Under the pieces are notes generated by a model. It did not search any database. It was not told the DNA's origin and was given only the letters and a program-made list of their open reading frames with translations. DNA of 64,000 nucleotides from an uncultured Acidobacteriota bacterium (GTDB lineage Bacteria; Acidobacteriota; Terriglobia; 20CM-2-55-15): NCBI GenBank assembly GCA_963738025.1, contig CAVTWA010000020.1:128520-192519 (forward strand), read 5' to 3'. A program made the translations under genes and the position numbers. Each line of letters begins with the position of its first letter. Position 1 is the stretch's first letter. Of this stretch, positions 33,426-42,874 are shown in pieces.

Positions 33426-34817
33426 TCAGGAGCTTTTGGAGCCGGAGCAGGGGCCGGAGACGGCGCGGGCGCGGGGCGAAGACGATGCGGCCGGCGGCGC
33501 TGGTGGCGAACTCTGACCGGGAACCGGGCTAATCGCCGGCAGACGCGGCTCCTGAGGTACCCGTATGGCATTTGCAGGAACGATCGGAGGCCCCGGCATC
33601 ATCGGGTAAGATGGGACGAAACTATCACCGTAATACGACTCACGTCTCAACTGCGGAATAAATGTAATCCCATTGATGGAAGGGCTATAGATCCACGCCG
33701 CATTGAAAGACCTGTCGGCAAGAAAGAGATAAAAATTCGGCTGTGAGTCGCTGTAATCCGCCGTGAAGTTTGCTTTGGCGAGCAACTGCGAACGTTGCTG
33801 GCTCCAGACATCGAAGGCCGTCGGACCATCTTCGTCCTTGAAGTCTTTCGTCTCGTACATCTTGTCGACGATCCTCAGTTGCATGCCGTCGAATACGGCT
33901 TCGCCATTTTTTCCGATGCGTAACACACCATCGATCACAGTCGCCGTATCGCTGGTGAACCGATAAAGGCCTGGCATCGCAATAAGCGACTTAATGCCAC
34001 CCAGATTCACACGAATCGGCAAACGGTCCTCTGGAACCACATTTTCAACCAATGCGCTGCCGGACGTAACTCTCACCACAACGTCGTTCGGAGTGGTTGA
34101 CTCGATGACCACACTCGAATTCTCGTCAAGGCGCATGAAGGCTCCGGGGCGCAGCAGCAATTCGACATAACTTGCGGGACCGGTCTGGACAGGCTGGTCT
34201 GATTTGACGGTATCCAGTAAATGCACATTGGCTTCGCCCTGCACTGCATTCACAAAGCCGGCTTTCGGGGAGTTCAAGAAACTCTTGAATACCGGTGGCG
34301 TCGTCAACGTGAGCTTACTTTGTTTGAAGTCGGCGCCCGCACGGGTGAACTGCCAGCCCTTCTGCAGCGTGACATTCGTTCCGACGATGCTCAGCTTGCC
34401 GTCAATGACTGAGACGGAGTCCTGCGAGAATCGAAACACCCCTTTCGAATCGATTGCCGTTTTCAAATCGCCGAACGAGATACGAATTCGATCTGATTTG
34501 TCGACCTTCTCGACCTCGACTAAGGCAGTCCCCGACTCGATGCGTACAGACACGTCGGCCTTGTCAATCGACTCCAGAACGGCGGCTGAGTTCTCATCGA
34601 GCCGGAGAAGCGAATCCGGCCCGAGCCCGATTTCGACTCGGCTGTTTGGGCCGGTCCGAATCGCTTTCCCCTGTTCCACTTGTTGAAACTTCCGGACGTT
34701 GGCCTCGCCATCCGCAAAATGCACAAATCCCGGCTTGATCGAGATCACGCTCTGCAGCAACAGAAATACGCAAATCGTTGGGATGTTCATGGTTCGCTGC
34801 CGTAGTTTACAGTCCAA
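33426..34817 (-). CDS. Secreted protein with two FecR-like domains and a Pro-rich C-terminus
   Basis: Internal duplication: FVHFADGEANVRK...GPNSRVEIGLGPDSLLRLDENSAAVLES...ESGTALVEV is repeated as FVNAVQGEANVHL...GPASYVELLLRPGAFMRLDENSSVVIES...TSGSALVENV. The start may instead be 34790. Confidence 0.75.
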   Translation of the reverse strand: MDCKLRQRTMNIPTICVFLLLQSVISIKPGFVHFADGEANVRKFQQVEQGKAIRTGPNSRVEIGLGPDSLLRLDENSAAVLESIDKADVSVRIESGTALVEVEKVDKSDRIRISFGDLKTAIDSKGVFRFSQDSVSVIDGKLSIVGTNVTLQKGWQFTRAGADFKQSKLTLTTPPVFKSFLNSPKAGFVNAVQGEANVHLLDTVKSDQPVQTGPASYVELLLRPGAFMRLDENSSVVIESTTPNDVVVRVTSGSALVENVVPEDRLPIRVNLGGIKSLIAMPGLYRFTSDTATVIDGVLRIGKNGEAVFDGMQLRIVDKMYETKDFKDEDGPTAFDVWSQQRSQLLAKANFTADYSDSQPNFYLFLADRSFNAAWIYSPSINGITFIPQLRRESYYGDSFVPSYPMMPGPPIVPANAIRVPQEPRLPAISPVPGQSSPPAPPAASSSPRARAVSGPCSGSKSS

Positions 34818-35871
34818 CCATCTTTGAATACAAAGATCGAGCAGCTGCTGCCTCTTCGGTGCCTTTAACTATGGCACGGCCATCTTTGAACAACGTGAGT
34901 TCGTAGGGTGGCGAGGAACACTTCAGCAGGAAATCGTTGAACTGCACGGGACCGAACGCGGATATCGACTTGGACAGTTGTTCGAAATTGATGTCCCCCG
35001 TGACGCCCGGAATCAACTGCACCGAGTTCCGGCCGCATAACGTGATCGTGCGCAGCGGAGTGCCATCCAGATATTCAAATTCGCCCTTTGCGCAAACCGG
35101 ACAACCGGTCATGGAGTCGATGCCAACATCGATCCGCTGGAACCGGTGCGACCACACGTCATAAGCCGTAAGCCGGACGTCGTCCGCATTGAGATTGCCG
35201 GTCAGGAACTTCAATGCTTCGGCGACCTGCATCGAAGCGATGATGTGCGTGATAGGAGCAATAACCCCGGCAGTTTCGCACGTCGGCGACGTTCCAGGCG
35301 CAGGCATGCTGCCCAACAAGCAACGCAGGCACGGTGTTTTGCCGGGGAGAACCGGCATGACAAGACCGTAGCTGCCTACCGCGGCTGTATATATCCAGGG
35401 TTTGCCTTTCTTTGCGCACGCATCGTTTACCACGAAACGCGTTTCAAAGTTGTCGAGCGCGTCGAGGACAAGATCCACATCATCCAGATAGTCTTCGATG
35501 TTCGACGGATTGACATCGTCGACGCGTGGTTCAATCTGCACGGATGAATTGACGCGGCGAAGCTTCGCCGCGGCCGCTACAGCCTTCGGCAGATTGCTGC
35601 CGACATCTTCCTCATCAAACAGCGATTGCCGCTGCAGGTTTGAGAGCTCGACAAAATCCCGATCGACCATCCGCACAAAACCAACGCCAGCCCGAACAAT
35701 CTGATCCGCGGCGACAGTGCCCAGCGCACCCAGGCCAATCAGAAGAACACGTGCCTCCGCGAGCCGCTGCTGGCCGACTTCGCCGATTGGCGCGAATCGA
35801 ATCTGGCGCGAGTACCTTTCATCGAGGGGCAAGTGCTTCCATCTCCCGTTTGATGCAGTTGTAAATTGCAT
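34807..35871 (-). CDS. ThiF/MoeB-family adenylyltransferase (E1-like)
   Basis: 354 aa. Contains RYSRQIRF, the nucleotide loop LLIGLGALGTVAADQIVRAGVG, LSNLQRQ, and zinc pairs CLRC / CPVC. The C-terminal tail LFKDGRAIVKGTEE..ARSLYSKMVG resembles Firmicute MoeB/ThiF. Confidence 0.85.
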   Translation of the reverse strand: MQFTTASNGRWKHLPLDERYSRQIRFAPIGEVGQQRLAEARVLLIGLGALGTVAADQIVRAGVGFVRMVDRDFVELSNLQRQSLFDEEDVGSNLPKAVAAAAKLRRVNSSVQIEPRVDDVNPSNIEDYLDDVDLVLDALDNFETRFVVNDACAKKGKPWIYTAAVGSYGLVMPVLPGKTPCLRCLLGSMPAPGTSPTCETAGVIAPITHIIASMQVAEALKFLTGNLNADDVRLTAYDVWSHRFQRIDVGIDSMTGCPVCAKGEFEYLDGTPLRTITLCGRNSVQLIPGVTGDINFEQLSKSISAFGPVQFNDFLLKCSSPPYELTLFKDGRAIVKGTEEAAAARSLYSKMVGL

Positions 35872-36424
35872 TTACCAAGGGCTGCATTTCGATCGCCATA
35901 GCTTGAGCCACCGTCGTAGTGAATTCCTTTTTATGCTCCGGAAGAACAAAGAATGGCGCTAAACCCACCTGCCGCAATCCGATATTGGCGAGCATGATCG
36001 CGGCAGTAAGATTCCCGGTATCGAAGGGCCAGATGTCCGCGAGTCGCGTCAGGACTAGTGCTGCGCGTTCGATGGGATGAATCTCGGATACACTTTCCGC
36101 CGTAAGCCAGCTGAAGAAATTATCGAGAGAACGGTCAATGAACTGTGGATCGGGACAATCCTGGCCACGGAACAGGGGAGCCAAAGAATTCTGCCGCAAC
36201 ACGCCGGTAAAAGTCAGCGCATGCATCTTCAGCAGACCGGACTTTGTGACTTCCTGAACTTCTTCACGTGCCTGCCGCACGTTGCGCGCTCCTTCAAGCT
36301 GGGCAATGAACTCGTCGGACTTTTCCCACGCAGGCTGTGTATCGACTCCCCGGAGCCGTTCCAGGGCGGAAAATTGCAGGCGGGTTCGAAGTGATGCATC
36401 GGGATAGATCGGAAGATCGCTCAT
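35819..36424 (-). CDS. Fic-fold protein with a degenerate active-site motif
   Basis: 201 aa. IHPIERAALVLTRLADIWPFDTGNLTAAIMLANIGLRQVGLAP aligns to the Fic core hP..aa..H..f..IHPFxDGNGRxxRll.n..L...G.P, but with H->W and GNGR->GNLT. Confidence 0.7.
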   Translation of the reverse strand: MSDLPIYPDASLRTRLQFSALERLRGVDTQPAWEKSDEFIAQLEGARNVRQAREEVQEVTKSGLLKMHALTFTGVLRQNSLAPLFRGQDCPDPQFIDRSLDNFFSWLTAESVSEIHPIERAALVLTRLADIWPFDTGNLTAAIMLANIGLRQVGLAPFFVLPEHKKEFTTTVAQAMAIEMQPLVNAIYNCIKREMEALAPR

Positions 36425-36435
36425 TCGTTGTCATC

Positions 36436-37827
36436 TCACGCTATCGGTTTTAATCCGAACTCCACCAGGCTGCGCAGAGCCACTCCAGTCGGGCCCTTGG
36501 GCAAATACGGCTTGTCCTCGTCGTTCCAGGCAGTGCTCGCGATATCCAGATGGACCCATGGTGTGTTGCCGACGAACTCTTGAAGAAACTTCCCGGCCGT
36601 AATCATCCCGGCGAAACGCCCTCCGGAATTCGCCACATCGGCAACGGTACTCTTGATGAGATCGCGGTACTCATCATCCATCGGCATTTGCCACATCTTC
36701 TCGCCGGCGCGGTTTGCGGCTGACAGAAACGCATCGATGAATTGTTGATCGTTGCCCATCACACCGACTCGGAAAGGTCCCAGGGCAATGCGTGCCGCGC
36801 CCGTCAGTGTTGCGATGTCGATGAGGTGCGTTGCTCCGAGCCGTCGCGCGTATGCCAGCGCATCGGCCAGGATGAGCCGTCCCTCGGCATCGGTATTGAT
36901 GATCTCGATCGTCTTGCCCGACAAAGATTCAACGACGTCGCCCGGTCGCTGCGCTCCTCCGCCGGGCATGTTCTCGGCAAGCGGAACCACGGCCATACAA
37001 TTGACCGGCGCGCCAAATAAAGCAAGCGTGCGCAGAGCGGCCATGGCTGTAACGCCGCCGGCCATGTCGTACTTCATTTTTTCCATACCGTCGGCCTGCT
37101 TCAGGCTGATCCCGCCTGTGTCGAAGGTCACACCTTTTCCGACAAAGGCAAGCATCGCCGACGAAGCGGGATTTCCGAGATATTTCAACACGACCAGACG
37201 GACAGGCTCGTCACTGCCTTGTCCGACACCGAGCAAGGCGCCCATCTTCAAAGCGCGAATCGCCTGCTCGTCGAGCACTTCACAGGACAGGCCGGCAGCG
37301 GCGGCCATTTCCCGCGCATGTTCGGCAATGACCCGCGGTGGTTTTCGGTTCGAAGGTTCATTAATGAGGCGCCGCGCCCAGTTGATAGACTCCCCGACGA
37401 TTGTGCCGTCTGCGGCAGCTTTCGGGTCGCCTCCAGATAAGAAAACGGTCTCGACAGAAGCCGGCTTGTTCGTGGACTTATATGCCTCGACGGAAAAACT
37501 ACCGACGAGCGCACCTTCGACAATCGGGCGCGTTTCACCGCCGGCGAACGCCAGCTTTCGAACTCTTTTAGCGCGGCGGATCGCCGTAGCCGCCGTGCGG
37601 CGCCACGCTTCGACGTCCAGAGTCTTCGAGATGCCAATGAACAAAATCTTCGGTGTTGCGGGAATCAGCAACGTCTCGAGTGGCTTCAGGGGCAGGTCAC
37701 CACTGGCAAACAACGGCTTTGCGACAGCCGCAAACCGGGCATCGCACGTTGATGCGTCTTCAGGAACAGGCACGACGATGGCGTCGACCTCGATTCCATC
37801 AACGGATTCGACTAGATGAAATTCCAC
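36436..37827 (-). CDS. pepA: Leucyl aminopeptidase (M17)
   Basis: 463 aa with the signature NTDAEGRLILADAL and VGKGVTFDTGGISLK. Confidence 0.95.
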   Translation of the reverse strand: MEFHLVESVDGIEVDAIVVPVPEDASTCDARFAAVAKPLFASGDLPLKPLETLLIPATPKILFIGISKTLDVEAWRRTAATAIRRAKRVRKLAFAGGETRPIVEGALVGSFSVEAYKSTNKPASVETVFLSGGDPKAAADGTIVGESINWARRLINEPSNRKPPRVIAEHAREMAAAAGLSCEVLDEQAIRALKMGALLGVGQGSDEPVRLVVLKYLGNPASSAMLAFVGKGVTFDTGGISLKQADGMEKMKYDMAGGVTAMAALRTLALFGAPVNCMAVVPLAENMPGGGAQRPGDVVESLSGKTIEIINTDAEGRLILADALAYARRLGATHLIDIATLTGAARIALGPFRVGVMGNDQQFIDAFLSAANRAGEKMWQMPMDDEYRDLIKSTVADVANSGGRFAGMITAGKFLQEFVGNTPWVHLDIASTAWNDEDKPYLPKGPTGVALRSLVEFGLKPIA

Positions 37828-38273
37828 TACTTCCTCTCGCTGAGAGCCTGTCTGGTCTCTTTATCAATCGTCTTCTTGCGCGCTACTTCACGTTTGTCGT
37901 GCACTTTTCGCCCTTTTGCGAGGGCTAATTCGCATTTTAACCGGCCATCCTTAAGATACATGCGGAGCGGCACGAGGGTCAGCCCCCGTTCCGTAGTCCG
38001 GCCAATCAACCGGTTGATTTCCGAGCGCTTCAGCAACAGCTTTCGCGTGCGCAGCGGATCATGATTCGCATAATTGCCATGGGAATAAGGGCTGATATGC
38101 GCGTTCAGAAGCCAGACTTCGCCGGCTTTGACAAGGCCGTACGCATCCTTCAAATTGGCCTTTCCGTCGCGCGCGGATTTGATTTCCGTACCCGTCAAGA
38201 CAACCCCGGCTTCGAACTTCTCGAGAATCTCGTAGTTATGAAAAGCCTGGCGATTGACGGCGAGGTCCTTCAC
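37827..38273 (-). CDS. smpB: SsrA-binding protein SmpB
   Basis: 148 aa. Contains NRQAFHNYEILEKFEAGVVLTGTEIKS, PLRTRKLLLKRSEI and the basic tail. Confidence 0.95.
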   Translation of the reverse strand: MKDLAVNRQAFHNYEILEKFEAGVVLTGTEIKSARDGKANLKDAYGLVKAGEVWLLNAHISPYSHGNYANHDPLRTRKLLLKRSEINRLIGRTTERGLTLVPLRMYLKDGRLKCELALAKGRKVHDKREVARKKTIDKETRQALSERK

Positions 38274-39046
38274 GGATTCCGCTGTTGCGTACCGGGCGTA
38301 CTGAACGGATTTCCGAACAATGTATTTGGGGTTGTATTCGGGTTATTGTTCTGCGGCTGAGCCGGCGTACCGAACGGATTGACGTTCCCGAACGGAGTCT
38401 GGACGCCAGTTTGACCCGGTGTAGCCGGTACGACGGGCTGTCCCTGATTGTTCTGCGGCGCAGTCGAATTCGGGAACAGCGGGTTCTGTTGTGCAGGAAC
38501 CGAAGGCGGCGCGTTTGGTTGCGGCTGCGCAGCTCGCGGATTGGCAACAGGTCCAAAAGGCGTCTGTATGGTTGCCGGCTGCTGGCCCGGTTGACCTGCT
38601 ATTCCCGGTTGACCTGCTATTGGAGGTTGAAACTGCTGCTGAAAATCTTGAACGAAGGGCTGCTCCGGCTGGGGTGGCGGAGAGTTATACGCAGGAACAC
38701 TTTCAGCGGCCCCGAGGGTCTGCGATTGAGCGGTAACCACTACTCCCTGCCCTTGAATGAGAATGTAGTCCAGGGGTTGCCCTTGAAAAATCTTGCGGAC
38801 ACCCTCATTGAAAGTCAGCCCGGAGAATTGCACGCTGATGTTCCGGTTTGCAAGCTCGGGCGGCACCTTGGATTTCATGCCGGTCGCCATATCCAGAAGC
38901 CTCATCAACCTGCCTAGTGGAACTGTATCCGCGTTGATAGACAGCTTATTATCAACGAGATCCACTTCGGGCCCCTTGCCGTTGCCGCCAATACACGGCG
39001 TCGCGAGCACAGCGCAGATAACGGCAGATTTGAACCAATTCTTCAT
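38270..39046 (-). CDS. Secreted Pro/Gln-rich protein with an N-terminal STN-like domain
   Basis: Start MKNWFKSAVICAVLATPC (ATG at 39046, preceded by GAGGA). LSINADTVPLGRLMRLLDMATG...NISVQFSGLTFNEGVRKIF resembles a secretin/TonB short N-terminal (STN) fold. The C-terminal half is low-complexity P/Q/N. Confidence 0.65.
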   Translation of the reverse strand: MKNWFKSAVICAVLATPCIGGNGKGPEVDLVDNKLSINADTVPLGRLMRLLDMATGMKSKVPPELANRNISVQFSGLTFNEGVRKIFQGQPLDYILIQGQGVVVTAQSQTLGAAESVPAYNSPPPQPEQPFVQDFQQQFQPPIAGQPGIAGQPGQQPATIQTPFGPVANPRAAQPQPNAPPSVPAQQNPLFPNSTAPQNNQGQPVVPATPGQTGVQTPFGNVNPFGTPAQPQNNNPNTTPNTLFGNPFSTPGTQQRNP

Positions 39047-39119
39047 TCGGATTTTCCTCAGGTCATTTAAGACACCCCTGATTATACCCCGGTTCAAATC
39101 CCTCAAAGCGGATTAGCGC

Positions 39120-39179
39120 GGATTAGCCACGAATTGAACGAATTTAACGAACCTAATTCGTTCAATTCGTGGCTAATCC
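39120..39179. repeat. Perfect 25-bp inverted repeat with a 10-nt loop (REP-like, 'GCCACG..TTGAACG' family)
   Basis: ggattagccacgaattgaacgaatt (39120-39144) pairs with aattcgttcaattcgtggctaatcc (39155-39179). It is preceded by a tandem gcggattagc x2. It lies just downstream of the sugar transferase stop. Confidence 0.8.
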
Positions 39180-39190
39180 CCTGTTTTGCG

Positions 39191-40544
39191 TTATTTTGCG
39201 CCGCGGCCCAGTAAAACCACTGGAACCGTCTTCAGTAAAATTTTTAAATCCAATAGCAGAGACCAGTTGTCAATGTAGGTGAGGTCGAGTTTCATCCAGT
39301 CGTCGAAGCTGACTTCATTGCGGCCGCTGATTTGCCAGAGGCAGGTCATGCCGGGTTTCATGCTGAGGCGCCGTCGTTGCCAGCGTTCATACCGGGCGAC
39401 TTCGGAAGGAAGGGGCGGGCGGGGCCCGACAAGGCTCATATCACCGCGCAAGACGTTAAAGACCTGTGGGAGTTCGTCGATACTGAAGCGTCGGATGATT
39501 TTGCCAATGGTTGTGATTCGCGGATCGCGGGACGACTTGAAAACCGGCCCGTCCATTTCGTTCAATCCCTCCAATTCGACGCGAAACTGCTCGGCGTTGT
39601 TCACCATCGACCGGAATTTATACATGATGAACTGGCGTCCGTTCAGTCCGCAGCGTCTCTGTCTGAACAAAACCGGACCGCTTGACGTCAACTTGATTAG
39701 AATCGCGACCGGGAGCATTACGAGAGGACCGAAGACAACAAGGATGAAACCGGCAAGGATGACATCGAGAATTCGACGCACGAACATCAACGCTTCGTTT
39801 GTCGGAGTCGTGCTGAAGGACAGTAGGGGAAAGCCGTCGAATTCGTGAAGTTCCATCCGTGCTATCGAATGAGGAAAGAAGTTCAAAACAACCCGGGCGG
39901 TCACACCCAGCTCCTCGCAGAGGAGGAAGGTATCCGTAAACTCCGTGAGGCTCTCCCGGTCTACCACCAGGATGAGCTCGTCCACTCCCCCACCCTCCAA
40001 CAGACCACGTACCTCGTCACGGGCAAAAACCCCGACGAGCTTCAAACCCCAGAAATGATGAGTTTCAATCGTCCGTGCGAAGTCGTATCCGGCCGGACCG
40101 TTGCCGATGACGGCCACATGTCGGATGTCGAGGCCTCCGTGCTTGGTTACGTTCATCAAAACGACACGATAGGAAACAAGAAGGATGTAATTGATGGCCA
40201 GCGTGAACATCAGAATGAACCGGTTCGAAGATTCCGGATTCACAAACGAAATCGACGCGCCCAGAACAATCCATGCGATAAACGATCCCTTTCGACAAAC
40301 GCGCAATCTGACTGAGGGGAGCCACGGTGGGTTCCGAGTACACACCAAACAGCGGCAGCACCAGCGCCCATGTTGGCAGAATGATTGCAAGCAGCCACAG
40401 GTACACGTGGATGGACATTACTGTATGATTCTCCACGTTGAACAAGGACCGTATCCAATAAGCCAGAAAGAAGCTCGCCGTCGTCAGAATGAGGTCCACC
40501 GCCCACCGGTTGACGGCAAAAATTCTTTTTCTCTGATCAATCAT
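39191..40544 (-). pseudogene. Exopolysaccharide polyprenyl glycosylphosphotransferase (WcaJ/EpsB-like sugar transferase), one frameshift as sequenced
   Basis: The C-terminal catalytic domain (...RFSIDELPQVFNVLRGDMSLVGPRPPLPSEV...CLWQISGRNE) is in ORF 39191-40390. The N-terminal TM region MIDQRKRIFAVNRWAVDLILTTASFFLAYWI... is in ORF 40065-40544. The frames join at about 40285-40295 (...SQIARLSKG | SFIAWIVLG...). Confidence 0.85.
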
Positions 40545-40555
40545 GCGAGTTCACG

Positions 40556-42874
40556 ATGAATGCGGATTATAGACTCAAATCAATTAAATACTTCATTGCT
40601 GCTCTGATAGCAATCAGCGTTGCCGGCTGCACCGGCAGCAAGGCCTACAACCGCGGCGCCCATGCCGATGTCACCAAAGACTTTGACACGGCCCTCGCGG
40701 AATACAAAGTTGCGCTCGATAAAGACCCCAAAAACATCGAGTACCAGCTCAGATATGAGCAAGCCCGGTACAACGCAGCTTTCCAGCATTTCGAGGCCGG
40801 TCGACGCGCCGTCGATAAACAGGATTATCAGACTGCGAAGATGGAATTCACCCGGGTGCTCGAAATCGACCCGTCGCACGCTCTCGCGGAACAACAGCTC
40901 CAGAAAGTGAACGACATTCTGGCGGCAAAGAGCCGCAATGGGGTTGAACCCGAGATTCAGTTCGATCAACTGCGCGAACTCACCCGGACCGACCCCACCG
41001 TACAGTCGCAGCTGGATGCAAAAATCAGTGCTCCTATCGACCTGCACATGACGCAAGACAGCAAGGTTGCGTTTGAGACGCTTGGCGAACTGGCTGGGTT
41101 AAATGTCATTTTTGATCCGGATTTCCGCGGCACGCGAATCCCGATCGATTTGAACCGGGTAAACATCTTCGACGCATTGGACGTGCTCGCACTGGAAACG
41201 CGGTCGTTCTGGAAGCCCGTCAACCGGACGACGATCCTGGTTGCCGCCGATAATCAACAGAAACGGCGCGATTACGAAGATCTCATTCTGAAGACTATCT
41301 ACTTGCAGAATAGCGTCACCTCGACAGAAATTACCGAAGCGATCACCGCGCTGCGAACGCTGCTGAACATGCGGTACCTTGCTCAAAGCACGTCGATCAA
41401 CGCGATCATCGTCCGCGATACCGCGGATCGCATCGCCATTGCGGAAAAAATAATTGACGACCTGGACAAGGCCAAACCCGAGGTCCTGGTGGACGCCACG
41501 GTTCTGGAAGTCGATCGCAATACGTTGCGGCAACTGGGAATCCTGCCGCCGCAGGGAACCGCCGTCAGCGCGATCGGGGGAAGCAGCGCAACCGGTGCGT
41601 CCGTTACAGGCAATGCATTCCCTTTGAACCAGTTACCAACGACTACCGCCAGTTACTCTCTGGTCATCCCGCCCACCACTGCACAATTCCTGGCGACCAG
41701 CGGTAACACGAAGCTGGTCCAGAATCCGAAGGTCCGTGCGACAGATGGCAAACTGGCGTCGATCCGAATCGGCTCCCAGGTTCCGATTGCGTCCGGAAGC
41801 TTCCAGCCGGCATTTGTCGGCGCAACAGGCACGCCAGTTGTCAATTTCCAATTCGTGGATGTTGGCGTAAATCTCGATATCACTCCGCACGTTTTATTGA
41901 ATCGGGATGTCGCGATGACGGTTCAGGTGCAGATTCGCGCACTTGCGGGTGATCGCAATGTCGGTGGTGTCACACAGCCGGTCCTCACCAATCGCCAGGT
42001 GCAACACGACATCCGGCTGGCCGAAGGCGAAACCAACATTCTGGGTGGCATCATCACAGACAGTGAAGCCGTTTCATTGAATGGAATCCCCGGACTGAAG
42101 GATATTCCGATTTTGAAATACTTCTTTTCGCAGGAACAGAAGTCACGCGACTCAACAGAAATCATCATCATGCTGACCCCGCATATCCTCCGCATGCCAA
42201 ACATCCGGGAGGCCAATATGCGCGGGCTGAATACAGGTTCTGAAACGATCCCGCGGCTTCGTAATCCATCGGTGGCGGTTCCATCGCCTTCTTCGGCCGT
42301 GCCTGTCCCTCCTCCAGCAGGACCAGCAGGACCAGCAGGAGCTGGTGGAGCAGCAGCACCGCCGGCACCAGCAGCGCCCGGAACGCCCGTCACTCCCGCA
42401 AACCCGCCCGGCGGGGCCGCTGCGCCGCCGAATGCGCAGCCACCGGCTTTGCGGCAAACGAACTCGACAGTGGCGTTTTCGCCCTCGCCGATAACGTTGC
42501 CCCAAACCGGCACCGCAACTGTTAATATTGTTGGAAACGGCAGCGATTTTTACGGTGTCGATCTCACCCTGTCCTTTGAACCGGGAGCCTTCAATATTCG
42601 CGAGATTCGGGAAGGCGGATTCCTGAGCCGTGATGGCCAGATTGTGGCATTCGTCCAAAGGCAGGAAACGGAAAACGGTACCGTCCGCATCTCCCTCGAA
42701 CGCCCGCCTGGTGCAGCGCCTGTTTCAGGCACCGGCAATCTCGTCACAGTTGTGCTGGAGCGCGGGCCTCGCCGTGGAGATTCGACCATGCGTCTTAGCG
42801 ATTTCCACATCCGTGACGCACAACAAAACGTCTCGGTCGGCAGAGGTACGGAGGTCACAGTTTCGGCGCCATGA
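40556..42874 (+). CDS. Secretin (GspD/PilQ family) with an N-terminal TPR lipoprotein module and a C-terminal cohesin-like domain
   Basis: 772 aa with lipobox SVAGC and TPR-like helices. The secretin core is VGVNLDITPHV...GETNILGGIITDSEAVSLNGIPGLKDIPILKYFF...IIIMLTPHIL. A Pro/Ala linker follows, then a beta-rich about 140-aa module (GVDLTLSFEPGAFNIREIREGGFL...GTGNLVTVVLE...). Confidence 0.88.
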   Translation: MNADYRLKSIKYFIAALIAISVAGCTGSKAYNRGAHADVTKDFDTALAEYKVALDKDPKNIEYQLRYEQARYNAAFQHFEAGRRAVDKQDYQTAKMEFTRVLEIDPSHALAEQQLQKVNDILAAKSRNGVEPEIQFDQLRELTRTDPTVQSQLDAKISAPIDLHMTQDSKVAFETLGELAGLNVIFDPDFRGTRIPIDLNRVNIFDALDVLALETRSFWKPVNRTTILVAADNQQKRRDYEDLILKTIYLQNSVTSTEITEAITALRTLLNMRYLAQSTSINAIIVRDTADRIAIAEKIIDDLDKAKPEVLVDATVLEVDRNTLRQLGILPPQGTAVSAIGGSSATGASVTGNAFPLNQLPTTTASYSLVIPPTTAQFLATSGNTKLVQNPKVRATDGKLASIRIGSQVPIASGSFQPAFVGATGTPVVNFQFVDVGVNLDITPHVLLNRDVAMTVQVQIRALAGDRNVGGVTQPVLTNRQVQHDIRLAEGETNILGGIITDSEAVSLNGIPGLKDIPILKYFFSQEQKSRDSTEIIIMLTPHILRMPNIREANMRGLNTGSETIPRLRNPSVAVPSPSSAVPVPPPAGPAGPAGAGGAAAPPAPAAPGTPVTPANPPGGAAAPPNAQPPALRQTNSTVAFSPSPITLPQTGTATVNIVGNGSDFYGVDLTLSFEPGAFNIREIREGGFLSRDGQIVAFVQRQETENGTVRISLERPPGAAPVSGTGNLVTVVLERGPRRGDSTMRLSDFHIRDAQQNVSVGRGTEVTVSAP

